From Candidatus Multivoradales bacterium (lineage in GTDB: Bacteria; Acidobacteriota; Thermoanaerobaculia; Multivoradales; JAHEKO01): a DNA stretch of 64,000 nucleotides. Shown here one piece after another: positions 1 through 9,051 of this stretch. Position 1 is the stretch's first letter. Each line of letters opens with the position of its first letter. The notes under the pieces were generated by a model. That model worked only from the letters and a program-made list of their open reading frames with translations. It was not told the DNA's origin and searched no databases. Position numbers and translations under genes: made by a program. The stretch covers positions 2,720,001 to 2,784,000 of the forward strand of contig CBDCXM010000009.1 of the NCBI GenBank assembly GCA_965223855.1, in the 5' to 3' direction.

Positions 1-1739
1 CCGGCCTCGAGCGTGACGCGATCCGCGACAGGCAGTCGCGAACCCATGAGGCGGCCTTCGATCGAGGCTTCGACGACGATCCGGGCTCCCGAAGTCGCGT
101 AGCAGTGTCGCGCGCGCAGCGCCGCGGCGAGCCCCGCACGGCTGTTCTCGGCACCGACGAGCGCTGCGAGGCCGCCACCCGGGTTTGCCAGCTGCGTCAG
201 GCCCGGGTGGCCGTCGTGGCTGTCGCCGGAACCGATGAAGCCGAACTCGAACCCGCGGTCGAGGACGTCCCTCACGAAGTGACCGGGAGCCGCGCCGCGC
301 ACCGGGCGCGGAGAGTCAGCCGCCTCGCTCGAGCCGTGAACCGACACCACCTCTGTTACCGGCTCGAGCTCGGGATCGGGCGGGTAGGACCAGTTGGTCG
401 CCACGGGAGCGCCTGCGGAATGGTGCGCGAAGGTCATCGCGTCGAGGCCTCGCAGCGCCGCCCACAACTTCGGCGGAGTCTCGTAGTCCGGGTCGACGGC
501 GCTGAGCACTGGGCCGTCGGCGGAGAAGTACAGGACGTGCCGGTGGCCGTGGACCCAGTTCGTCCACTCATATCCCAGCAGGGTGGAGAAGCGTCCAGGG
601 GCGTGGAAACGCTCCACCGCCGTCCGGATGCGTTGCCACAGCTCGGGGTGGGTGGCGAGCGGCTGGAGCCCCCAGTGATCGTGGTCGGTCAGCGCGGTGA
701 AGTCGAGGGCGGCGACGTCACGCGCGTACTCGAAGTACTGCTCCGGCGTGCCGGTGCCGTCGCTGAGATTGGAGTGGCCGTGAACGTCACCCCACAGGAC
801 TCGCTCGGCGTCGGGGCTGACCATCATCGGATTGCTGACGGCCCCGGTCAGCGGCTCGACAGGGACCGCCCGAACCCGCCAGATGCCGCTCTCGGGCGCG
901 GACAGGGAGAGCGTTGCCACTCCGTCGGGTCCGATCTCGAGGGCGTCGGGGAAGGACTCGGGCGCGGAGCGGTCGGCCCCCGGCTCGTCGGAGTCGAGTT
1001 GATGCCACAGGAGCGCGACCTCGGCGAGCGGCACCCTGGCGCGATTGCCGATCGGATCGACCGCGGCGGCGCGCAGCTCGACGACTTCCCCGGGTCGCAC
1101 CACCGAGGGAAGGGTGACGACCAGGCCCGAAGCGGGCCCGGCCACTACCTCCACGGTCGGCGAAGGGACGACGAGCCCTCGCACGCCATCTCCGTCGCCG
1201 TCGACCGCGAACCAGAACGGCGACTCGCGCTCGGCGTAGCTGTCGGCCACCGCACCGGACGCCCCGGCTCCGAAAGTGAGCTCGATCAGCTCGCCGGGCG
1301 CCAGCGGTCGCCCGCCGATCCGGACCGCCAGCAGTTGCCGGTCGATGGTCGTCGCTTCCAGCTCGACGCCCTCGGCCGTCGTCTCGACCGTGGTGTAGCC
1401 GGGGGCGAACTCGGAAAGAGTCTGCGGCGAGCTCCAGTTCCAGAAGGGGGAGACCTGGAAGTAGAGCCAGCCCCCCTCGACAATGCCCAGCGGCCCCGCC
1501 TCGTAGACGAACGTCCAGCTGGCGGCGTCGCCGGCGGACACGGCGCCCGGGCCGGCGACGAGAGTGGCGCTGCCGCCGCCGTCCGACTCGTGACGTGGCG
1601 TCGCGAGGTCGAGCTGCAGGCTCTCGTGGATGTCGGAGCGGGCATTGAACGACTCGGCCGGTCGAGGAGCGGGCGCCTCGCAGCCCGCCAGCAGCGCGAA
1701 AGCCAGCAGCGACGTTCCCGCCTGCAGGTTCGTTCTCAC
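1..1739 (-). CDS. PHP-fold metallohydrolase lipoprotein (CehA/McbA / DUF3604-like), runs off the left edge
   Basis: Not in the ORF track because its stop lies outside the window. Manual translation from GTG 1739 gives a lipobox (LLAGC) and the motifs WGDVHGHS, ALTDHD, GYEWT, GSGDSHDGHPG and ARHCYATSGARI. Confidence 0.85.
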   Translation of the reverse strand, partial: MRTNLQAGTSLLAFALLAGCEAPAPRPAESFNARSDIHESLQLDLATPRHESDGGGSATLVAGPGAVSAGDAASWTFVYEAGPLGIVEGGWLYFQVSPFWNWSSPQTLSEFAPGYTTVETTAEGVELEATTIDRQLLAVRIGGRPLAPGELIELTFGAGASGAVADSYAERESPFWFAVDGDGDGVRGLVVPSPTVEVVAGPASGLVVTLPSVVRPGEVVELRAAAVDPIGNRARVPLAEVALLWHQLDSDEPGADRSAPESFPDALEIGPDGVATLSLSAPESGIWRVRAVPVEPLTGAVSNPMMVSPDAERVLWGDVHGHSNLSDGTGTPEQYFEYARDVAALDFTALTDHDHWGLQPLATHPELWQRIRTAVERFHAPGRFSTLLGYEWTNWVHGHRHVLYFSADGPVLSAVDPDYETPPKLWAALRGLDAMTFAHHSAGAPVATNWSYPPDPELEPVTEVVSVHGSSEAADSPRPVRGAAPGHFVRDVLDRGFEFGFIGSGDSHDGHPGLTQLANPGGGLAALVGAENSRAGLAAALRARHCYATSGARIVVEASIEGRLMGSRLPVADRVTLEA

Positions 1740-1862
1740 TCGCCGATCGTAGCCGGTCGCGGGCAGGGTTGCTCCGCGCCGCCGGAGTCGGCACAATCAG
1801 CGCTCCTGCGCTTCCTGCGCGCCTGCCACACCGTTTCCCCGACCATCCCGAAGGAGCCCGTC

Positions 1863-2435
1863 ATGGGTGTACTCGACGCCAATCAGTGCCGACCTGGAAC
1901 CAAACTGCTGCTCGACGGCGAGCTCTACAACGTCCTCGAGCGGGCCCACCACAAGCCCGGCAAGGGCGGCGCCTTCGTGCGCTTCAAGCTCAAGGGGATC
2001 GTCAACGGCAAGGTGATCGACCACACGGTGCGCGCCGGGACGAAGATGGAGACCGCCGACGTCACGACGCAGACGATGCAGTACCTCTACCAGGACGGTG
2101 ACAGCTTCGTCTTCATGCACCTCGAGACGTACGACCAGATCATGATTCCTTCCGAGCTGCTCGGCTTCGGCGCCGGTTTTCTGACCGAGAACGCCGAGGC
2201 GGACGTGACGATGTACGAAGGTCGGGCGATCGGCATCCAGTTGCCACAGAAGATGGTCTTCGAAGTCACCGACACGATCGAGAACCCCGCTAAGGGCAAC
2301 ACGGCGACGAACGTGATGAAGGACGCGACGATCAGCACCGGGATGACCATCCAGGTGCCCCCCTTCATCAACATCGGCGACAAGGTGCGAATCGCCACCG
2401 ACGACGGCAGCTACGTCGAGCGAGCCAACGACTGA
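1863..2435 (+). CDS. efp: Translation elongation factor P
   Basis: C-terminal part of ORF 105..2435. Contains HHKPGKGGAFVR and VPPFINIGD; AAGGAG RBS before ATG 1863. Confidence 0.97.
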   Translation: MGVLDANQCRPGTKLLLDGELYNVLERAHHKPGKGGAFVRFKLKGIVNGKVIDHTVRAGTKMETADVTTQTMQYLYQDGDSFVFMHLETYDQIMIPSELLGFGAGFLTENAEADVTMYEGRAIGIQLPQKMVFEVTDTIENPAKGNTATNVMKDATISTGMTIQVPPFINIGDKVRIATDDGSYVERAND

Positions 2436-2459
2436 CGGCCGCCGCCGTGCACGACGACC

Positions 2460-2954
2460 TCAGTCGGCGCGCAGGATGTCGCGCACGATCTTGAGGTGGT
2501 GGTGGTGATGAAGGTCGAGGAACCTCCAGCAATCGTCGACCGTCAGTCCCCCGAAGTACGGATGACGCGCTACCCGGGCCGGCGAGCCGAGCCGCTTCTC
2601 ACTGGCGCTCCAGGCCTGACTCGCCTGGCCGCGCGTCTGCTCGAGGCCCCGCACGAGATCGTCGGGGGAAAGCTCGACAGGCCGCGTCGCTCGAGGTGCC
2701 TTGCCGGCGCCGCGCGGGAGCCAGCGAGCCCAGACGAACGGTCGCGCCCACAGCTTCATGGGCGGCAGAGTTTCGTCGGGCTCGGATTCGATCGCCCTCA
2801 GAAGGCTCGAGTCCGCCTGGATCAGGTGGTCGAGATGCTGCCCGACCGACCAGCCGGAGACACGTTCGACCGACTGCTCGTGCAGCGGGACGAGGCTGTC
2901 GAACTCGTCGAATTGGCGTCGGATCCGGCTGTAGGCGCGTGCTGGACTCGTCAT
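2460..2954 (-). CDS. DinB/DUF1569-like four-helix metalloprotein
   Basis: WSVGQHLDHL ... HPYFGGLT ... LHHHHHL pattern. Confidence 0.8.
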   Translation of the reverse strand: MTSPARAYSRIRRQFDEFDSLVPLHEQSVERVSGWSVGQHLDHLIQADSSLLRAIESEPDETLPPMKLWARPFVWARWLPRGAGKAPRATRPVELSPDDLVRGLEQTRGQASQAWSASEKRLGSPARVARHPYFGGLTVDDCWRFLDLHHHHHLKIVRDILRAD

Positions 2955-3061
2955 CCGCGGGAGACTACCAGTGTCGGTTTCCCCTGCCTGTACAATCGCC
3001 GCGCCGCAGAGGGGCGGACGGGGGGCTCAGGAAGCTGCCGAGAGCCCGGAGAGACAGAGAC

Positions 3062-4264
3062 GTGAACGATCAGGGAATTCCACAACAACGTGCCGAGGGG
3101 GGCGACTTCCGCTCCCTCGGGCTGAGCCGCCCGATTCTGGCGGCGCTCGATGAGCTCGGCTTCACCCATCCGACGCCGATTCAGGCTGAGGTTCTGCCGC
3201 ACGCTCTCGCCGGCCGCGACGTCATCGGGCTGGCGCAGACGGGGTCCGGGAAGACCGCCGCCTTCAGTCTGCCGCTGGCCGAGAGGCATCAGCACGGCAA
3301 GGGCGTCCGGGGTTTGATCCTCAGCCCGACGCGAGAGATCGCGATGCAGACCAAGGAGTTTCTCGACGTCTTCGGCCGCTCGCATCATCTGCAGACGGTG
3401 CTCCTGATCGGCGGGGTCAAGATCGGCCCTCAGATCGACGGCTTGAAGCGCGATCCGGATCTCGTCGTGGCGACGCCGGGGCGGCTGCTCGATCACATGG
3501 AGCGCCGCACCGTGAGCCTGAAGCGGCTCGAGGATCTGGTGCTGGACGAGGCCGACCACATGCTCGACCTCGGCTTCCTGCCGCAGATTCGCCGCGTGCT
3601 GCGGGCGCTGCCGGAGGATCGGCGAACGATGATGTTCTCGGCCACGATGCCGCCGCAGGTCGCGAACCTCACTCAGCAGTTCATGCGCGACCCGGTGACC
3701 ATCGACTTGCTGCCGGAGGGCGGTGCGGCAGAGGGGATCGACCACGAGCTCTTCCTGGTCGAGGAGAAGGACAAGAAGCGCTGCCTGATCTCACTGCTGG
3801 ACGGCGACGAGGGGAGCACGCTCGTCTTCCTGCGCCGCAAGATCGACGCCGAATGGGCGTGCCGGCAGCTCGAGATCGAGGGGCATCCGGTGGAGCGCAT
3901 TCACTCCGACCGCACCCAGCGGCAGCGGACCGAGGCGCTGCAGGGCTTCCGCGAGGGAGAGCACCGCGTCCTCGTGGCGACCGACGTCGCCGCCCGCGGA
4001 ATCGACATCCCCCGCATCGAGCACATCATCAACTTCAATCCGCCCGAAACGGTCGAGGACTACATTCACCGTGCCGGGCGCACCGCCCGCGGCCGGCTCA
4101 AGGGGAAGGTCTCGACGATTGCCACCTGGCGTGATCGCGAGATGATCCTGAGGATCGAAGCGGCGCTGGGCCGCAAGATCCGGCGCTCGAAGGCGCCGGG
4201 CGTCGAGGCGTACGTCGAGCAGGCCGGGCCGCGCAAGACGCGCATCCGGCGCCGGCTGCTCTAG
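3062..4264 (+). CDS. DEAD-box RNA helicase (RhlE-like)
   Basis: Q-motif PTPIQ, AQTGSGKT, PTRE, DEAD, SAT and HRAGRTAR; GTG start after a GGAG RBS. Confidence 0.95.
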   Translation: MNDQGIPQQRAEGGDFRSLGLSRPILAALDELGFTHPTPIQAEVLPHALAGRDVIGLAQTGSGKTAAFSLPLAERHQHGKGVRGLILSPTREIAMQTKEFLDVFGRSHHLQTVLLIGGVKIGPQIDGLKRDPDLVVATPGRLLDHMERRTVSLKRLEDLVLDEADHMLDLGFLPQIRRVLRALPEDRRTMMFSATMPPQVANLTQQFMRDPVTIDLLPEGGAAEGIDHELFLVEEKDKKRCLISLLDGDEGSTLVFLRRKIDAEWACRQLEIEGHPVERIHSDRTQRQRTEALQGFREGEHRVLVATDVAARGIDIPRIEHIINFNPPETVEDYIHRAGRTARGRLKGKVSTIATWRDREMILRIEAALGRKIRRSKAPGVEAYVEQAGPRKTRIRRRLL

Positions 4265-4460
4265 CCTGAACTTCTCACGCCGGTGCACTGTTCAACGGAC
4301 TGCTCAGGAAGACCGTATGTCACTGAATCTACTGCGTTTTCCGGCCACTGCACTCCTCGACGTAGCTACGGCTATGTCTCCGGTGCTCGCGACCGGAAGC
4401 CTTGTATCTTCAGCAACCTACGGCCTTCCAGAGCACACCGGCGTATGAAGTTCAGGCTAG
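4261..4460. mobile_element. MITE-like palindromic element, copy 1
   Basis: Terminal inverted repeats TAGCCTGAACTTCtcACGCCGGTG / CACCGGCGTatGAAGTTCAGGCTA. A closely similar copy is at 19889-20073. Confidence 0.85.
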
Positions 4461-4486
4461 CTCGCTCCGGCGACCGCCCCTGAGTG

Positions 4487-6196
4487 CTACGGCACGGTCG
4501 ACGACCAGGCCGAGGTGTCCCCGGACTCGAAGCCGTCGTCGAAGATCTCGGGAGGCAGGTCGTCCTCGCAGTCGATGCTGAAGGCGCCGATGCGGGTCGA
4601 CCAGGAGACCACGGGGTTGTACTGGCCGGTCCACCAGAATGTGCAGCCGTCGACCGGGTCGACGGAAAGGTCGCTGTAGTCGCCATAGCGGAAGCTGTTG
4701 TTGGACCCGCCACCCGCGACCAGATTGTCCTCGCCGAGCGGCATCGTTCCGAGGGGGTCGGAGGCGAGTCGCCCCGACAGCTCGTGGCTGGGGAAGATGT
4801 CGCTCGAGGCGGCCGCCCGGGCCGCGTGCACGTAGGCTGCGGCGAGGTTGCCGCCTTCGTCCATCGAGGTACCGGCCATCCAGCGGTTCTCTCCCGGCAC
4901 CGCGATCGTCCCTTCCTGGTGAAGCGCCCAGGTGGAGCCGGTCTTGCGTAGCTCGAACCATCGAACCCCGGCGTCGTCGGCTCCGTTGCCGGTGCCGGTG
5001 TTCGTCACCATGTTGCCGACGAGGGTCTCGTGGGTGCCGAAGTTGCGGTACTGAAGGCGGTTCATCAGCACTTCGCGCAGCGAGTCGAGGTCGGAGCCTC
5101 CCGGCTGGTTCAGACAGCTGAACGTCGAAAAGCCGCACAGGTTCGAGCTGAACTCCGCGATCTCGATGACCTGAGGACCGGTGATCGACGTGTTCGTCGG
5201 GGTGTCGAAGTCGATGTCGAACTCCCACAGCTCGAGGTGGTCGATCGTCGGCAGTCCGGCCGGCCCGTGCGCTTCGGTGTCACGGTGCCTGGCGACGATG
5301 GCCGGGTCTCCGGCGGGCGCCGGCGTGCCGTCCGGGTCGGCCGGCGTCAACGCCTCGAAGCCGAAGCCGGGAAGGCCGCCGACCGTCATTCGCTGGATCG
5401 GGCGCGCGACGCCGCACGTGGCCATGTTGATCCGATCGAAGGCGTACACCGGGGGAGAGTTGCCTTCGTTGCTCGTCATCACGATCGCGTTCTCCCATAC
5501 CGCGTACTTCGGGTAGTCGGGAAAGCTGGGAGTGTTGAACTGGTACCCGCACCAGCCTCCAGTCACCGGATCGCCGGTCATCGAGTAGTAGACACAGACC
5601 GCGTTCGCCGCCCCGGAGAACTCGCTCAGAACCCAACGGTCGGCGAACTCGTCGTAAAGCACGATCGGATCGCCGAAGCCGGAGCCGCAGGCTCCGCTAC
5701 CGAGGCTGTCCGTGGTGATCGGCCCCGCTGCCACGGTGCCGTCCGTCTTGTCGTAGACGACGAACGTCGAGCCACCCCCGGCGTTGATCATCTGGATGTA
5801 GTAGTCGATCCCCACCGCGCCGTCCGGGTCGGGCGGCTGGATGCCGTTGAACGTCTGGCCGTCCTGGTTCAGGGCGATCTCGAAGTCGAGGCCCTCGCCG
5901 GCGGAGATCGGCGATCGATCCATCAGCGGGTCGCGGCGCGCGGGCTGCGGATCGACAGGGTCTTCGCTCTCCCCTCGCAGCTTCGGAATCTCGCGGATCG
6001 GATCACCGGGCTGCCAGACGGGAGCCGGCGGAAGGTCGCGCAGGTCGCCGAAGAAGACGGTCGGCGTGACCGAACCTCCGATCTCTTCGGCATCGAACCG
6101 TTTCTCGACTCCGCTCCTCGACTCGGACTCCGAATCGGCTCCAGCGAGGGTAGCGACGAGCACTGAAAGAAGGGCGAGGCTGAGGCGGAAGCTCAT
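4487..6196 (-). CDS. Secreted hypothetical protein with C-terminal IFDDGFESGDTSAWS tail
   Basis: Signal peptide MSFRLSLALLSVLVATLAGA; motifs PPDPDGAVG, GDPIVLYD, FPDYPK and RYGDYS. Confidence 0.85.
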   Translation of the reverse strand: MSFRLSLALLSVLVATLAGADSESESRSGVEKRFDAEEIGGSVTPTVFFGDLRDLPPAPVWQPGDPIREIPKLRGESEDPVDPQPARRDPLMDRSPISAGEGLDFEIALNQDGQTFNGIQPPDPDGAVGIDYYIQMINAGGGSTFVVYDKTDGTVAAGPITTDSLGSGACGSGFGDPIVLYDEFADRWVLSEFSGAANAVCVYYSMTGDPVTGGWCGYQFNTPSFPDYPKYAVWENAIVMTSNEGNSPPVYAFDRINMATCGVARPIQRMTVGGLPGFGFEALTPADPDGTPAPAGDPAIVARHRDTEAHGPAGLPTIDHLELWEFDIDFDTPTNTSITGPQVIEIAEFSSNLCGFSTFSCLNQPGGSDLDSLREVLMNRLQYRNFGTHETLVGNMVTNTGTGNGADDAGVRWFELRKTGSTWALHQEGTIAVPGENRWMAGTSMDEGGNLAAAYVHAARAAASSDIFPSHELSGRLASDPLGTMPLGEDNLVAGGGSNNSFRYGDYSDLSVDPVDGCTFWWTGQYNPVVSWSTRIGAFSIDCEDDLPPEIFDDGFESGDTSAWSSTVP

Positions 6197-6276
6197 CGGA
6201 GGATCTCCCTGCTGTGCGTCGAGTTCCGCACCTGCCGGAGCCTTGCGCGGATGGCGATCGGTGGTTGCGGGGGGTG

Positions 6277-6306
6277 GTGGCGGCTTGTGGCGGCCTGTGG
6301 CGGCCT
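6277..6306. repeat. 10-bp tandem repeat GTGGCGGCYT x3
   Basis: gtggcggctt gtggcggcct gtggcggcct in the intergenic region upstream of the 6196 start. Confidence 0.7.
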
Positions 6307-6321
6307 GGAAGTCCCGGTTGC

Positions 6322-7158
6322 TCAAGGGGCGAGAAACGATTCCTGCAATCTCACCGCTCCGTTGACGCTGCGAACGACCAAGGATGCCTCACCGAGCCCG
6401 ATGGTTGCAATCGCCTGCTTCTCTCCAGTGGCAGGATGGCGGCTCAGCACGATGGAGAAGTCGGTGCTGAGCTCTCCTCGGGTCGAGACAAGGGCGCGTA
6501 CCGAGGCCCGCTGGGGCAGGACGACACGGATCGATCCGTTGACGGTCTCGATGCGATCTGCTGCTTGCGGGTCGATCGATCGGAACTCGGCATGGACCTC
6601 GCCGTGCTCGGTCGTGACCTGGAGCGGTCCTGACGTGGCGATCCTGACGTCGCCGCGCCCGGTGACGACCGCGACCGGGCCCGAGAATCCGTTGACCTCG
6701 ACCGCGCCGTCGGCCGTGGTGATCGACAGGGACAGATGGGCGGGGAGGAGCAGGCTCAGGTCGAGGCGCTCCGGTTTGTCGGGTGCGGCTGGCGCCGGGA
6801 CTTCGATCTCGAGCCGGCCGTCGTCGGCGCTCAGGCGGTAGGGGAGTTCCCCGTGATCCGGGTCGGTCCCCAGGGTCTGATGATTGGTGATCAGGAGGCT
6901 GGCAGCGGTACCGGTCGTGCCGGATACCGGCTTGACGAGAACCCCTCCGGCCCGGTTGACGATGACCACCTCGGTGACGCCGTCGAGGGGGATCGTCGCT
7001 TCACGCCGCTGGAGTCTCCAGCCGTCCTCCGGCTTCGTTCCGGCCTCTTCCGGTCGGAGTTCGCGGGTGGGTGCCAGAACGAGGATCAGGCCGAGCAGCC
7101 TCCAGTACGGCCGCGTCCGAAGCACGCGCGCGGACCGTTCGCGACGGGGTCGAATCAT
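6322..7158 (-). CDS. DUF4097-like beta-strand repeat protein
   Basis: Repeated T-x-x-G-x-V strands (TADGAV, TGRGDV, TEHGEV, TVNGSI, SVNGAV); ATGA overlap with the pepE stop. Confidence 0.75.
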   Translation of the reverse strand: MIRPRRERSARVLRTRPYWRLLGLILVLAPTRELRPEEAGTKPEDGWRLQRREATIPLDGVTEVVIVNRAGGVLVKPVSGTTGTAASLLITNHQTLGTDPDHGELPYRLSADDGRLEIEVPAPAAPDKPERLDLSLLLPAHLSLSITTADGAVEVNGFSGPVAVVTGRGDVRIATSGPLQVTTEHGEVHAEFRSIDPQAADRIETVNGSIRVVLPQRASVRALVSTRGELSTDFSIVLSRHPATGEKQAIATIGLGEASLVVRSVNGAVRLQESFLAP

Positions 7159-7883
7159 CGAAGCTCGGGAGCCGTCGACGGCACGAGGAGCGCATCCAGG
7201 CGGGCACCGTGGCCGACCTCCTCGATCTCCGCTCCAGCGCGGAAGATCCTCCCACCCGCCTGCCCGACCAGCCTCATCTCGTCGCCGTCGACGACGAGCA
7301 TCGCTCCTTCCCGCAGCGCCACCACGACCCTGTCGTTGTCCTCGAGGTACTGCAGCAGCCGTTCGTCGCGCGTCTCCCCCATGTGGGTCGAATCCGGATC
7401 GGTATCGATGTAGTGAGGGTTGATCTGGAAGGGGACGAGACCCAGGGCATCGAAGCTCGGCGGCTCGACGATCGGCATGTCGTTGGTGGTGCACAGTGTC
7501 GGGCAGGCGACGTTGGATCCCGCGCTGGTGCCCATGTAGGGCGCCCCCGCGCCGACGCGCCGCCGGATCGCGGCGACAAGGCCGAGCTCGTGCAGCGCCT
7601 TGACGAGTCGGAAGGTGTTGCCGCCGCCGATGAAGATGCCGTCGGCTTCGGCGACCAGTGCGGCCGGTTCGTCGGCGGCATGCACCGACCGGAGGTCGAG
7701 ACTCCAGTCGGCGAACACCTCGGCTGCCCGCCCGGCGTAGCGGTCGTGGTCGGCGAGCGCGTAGGGGACGAAGGCGATCCGGCGGCAACCTTCGAAGTGC
7801 TCCCCGGCCTCCGCGGCGCAGTGCTCGAGGTAGCCGGTGCCGTGGGTGGTCGAAGTGCTGACGAGAAGCAGGCGACGGGTCAT
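7155..7883 (-). CDS. pepE: Dipeptidase E (peptidase S51)
   Basis: GGGNTFRL, GTSAG, TTNDMPI, INPHY and HMGETRDERL. Confidence 0.93.
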   Translation of the reverse strand: MTRRLLLVSTSTTHGTGYLEHCAAEAGEHFEGCRRIAFVPYALADHDRYAGRAAEVFADWSLDLRSVHAADEPAALVAEADGIFIGGGNTFRLVKALHELGLVAAIRRRVGAGAPYMGTSAGSNVACPTLCTTNDMPIVEPPSFDALGLVPFQINPHYIDTDPDSTHMGETRDERLLQYLEDNDRVVVALREGAMLVVDGDEMRLVGQAGGRIFRAGAEIEEVGHGARLDALLVPSTAPELR

Positions 7884-7924
7884 CTCGGGCTCCACAGTTT
7901 CAGCGGCAGTCTCAGGTGCCGGCC

Positions 7925-8332
7925 TCAGGGGCCGACATGGACGGCGACCCGGCGGCGGTGAGGGCGGCGACGATGTTCCCACAGATAGATTCCCTGCCAG
8001 GTGCCGAGCGTGAGCCGGCCGTTCTCGATAGGGATGGAGAGCGTCGTGCTCGTGAGCGCAGCCTTGATGTGGGCCGGCATGTCGTCGGGCCCTTCTGCGG
8101 TGTGCGTGAACTTCGGATCGTTCTCCGGCACGAGCCGCTCGAGCCACGCCTCGAGGTCGTGGCGCGCGGACGGGTCGGCGTTCTCCTGGATGGTGAGGCT
8201 CGCCGAGGTATGACGCACCATCAGGGTGCACAACCCCTCGTCCCGTCTCGCGCCGGCCACCAGTTGCTGCACCTCGGAGGTGAACTCGTACAGCCCCTTG
8301 CCGCCGGTCTCGACGGTCAGCGTTCGAACCAA
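7925..8332 (-). CDS. YjbQ/UPF0047 family protein
   Basis: HTSASLTIQENADP, HTAEGPDDMPAHIK and LGTWQGIYLWEHR. Confidence 0.92.
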   Translation of the reverse strand: MVRTLTVETGGKGLYEFTSEVQQLVAGARRDEGLCTLMVRHTSASLTIQENADPSARHDLEAWLERLVPENDPKFTHTAEGPDDMPAHIKAALTSTTLSIPIENGRLTLGTWQGIYLWEHRRRPHRRRVAVHVGP

Positions 8333-8339
8333 AGCGGAT

Positions 8340-8912
8340 TCAGGCGTAGCTGAGTGCGCGGGTGCGTCGTTCGTACCAGCCGGCGTCGTCGACGGGTTCG
8401 AAGATGCAGCAGCTCTCCAGATCGCGCTGGTAGACGTGGACCGTCACCGTGGTGTCGCTCGACGAGACATTCTCGAGCGTGTGGTACTCGTACGGCGGGA
8501 TCAGGGCGCCCGAGTCCCCGGGCCTTGCGTTGAAGCGCTCCTGGCGCTCGAAGCGGAAACGTTCCCCGTCACGGTCCTGGAGGTCGTACTGGGTCACGCG
8601 CAGGACGCCGCTCCAGACGCCCTCGACGCACCAGACACCGGCGTGATCGTGCACCGGCGTTCCCTGTCCCGCTCCCCAGGCCATGGCGACGACCACATAG
8701 CCGTGCTCGTCGCTACGGTAGAGGAGGTGACGGCCATAGGCGCTGTCGCCGGGCACCTGTGCCTCGGCCGGCAACTCGAGTGCTCGCTCGTTGATCAGCG
8801 CCTTGAGGCCGTTCTTGATCGAGCGAGTCGTACGGGCGACGTTCGCGGCGGTAACCGCGTCATCGAGCATCGGAATCAGACGGTCGGCACCGCCGAACGG
8901 AATCGCGAGCAT
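8340..8912 (-). CDS. Cysteine dioxygenase family (cupin) protein
   Basis: YGRHLLY, TPVHDHAGVWC, EYHTLEN and VHVY; GGAGG RBS. Confidence 0.85.
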   Translation of the reverse strand: MLAIPFGGADRLIPMLDDAVTAANVARTTRSIKNGLKALINERALELPAEAQVPGDSAYGRHLLYRSDEHGYVVVAMAWGAGQGTPVHDHAGVWCVEGVWSGVLRVTQYDLQDRDGERFRFERQERFNARPGDSGALIPPYEYHTLENVSSSDTTVTVHVYQRDLESCCIFEPVDDAGWYERRTRALSYA

Positions 8913-8956
8913 GAAGGTCCTCCAGAACCCGTAGTCTAGCCGGACGGTGCTGCTTG

Positions 8957-9010
8957 GCCAGTCCCGGAATGCCAGCGCCGAAATGCCAGTCCCGGAATGC
9001 CGGTGCCGGC
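8957..9010. repeat. 14-bp tandem repeat (GCCAGTCCCGGAAT, ~3.8 copies)
   Basis: gccagtcccggaat gccagcgccgaaat gccagtcccggaat gccggtgccggc, between clpB and the dioxygenase gene. Confidence 0.75.
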
Positions 9011-9051
9011 CTGTCCCGAGCGCTCCCTCGAGCCGCCCGGGACGAACCGGG

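Noticed and set aside
105-1862. N-terminal 586-aa extension of EF-P in ORF 105..2435
   Set aside because: It is the antisense shadow of the minus-strand metallohydrolase; efp has its own RBS and ATG at 1863.
2496-2510. His5 run resembling an engineered tag
   Set aside because: It lies at the natural metal-binding C-terminal His motif of DinB-family proteins.
4283-4483. Small ORF whose peptide recurs at 19911 as an apparent purA N-terminal extension
   Set aside because: The similarity comes from the repeated MITE DNA; purA starts at ATG 20214.
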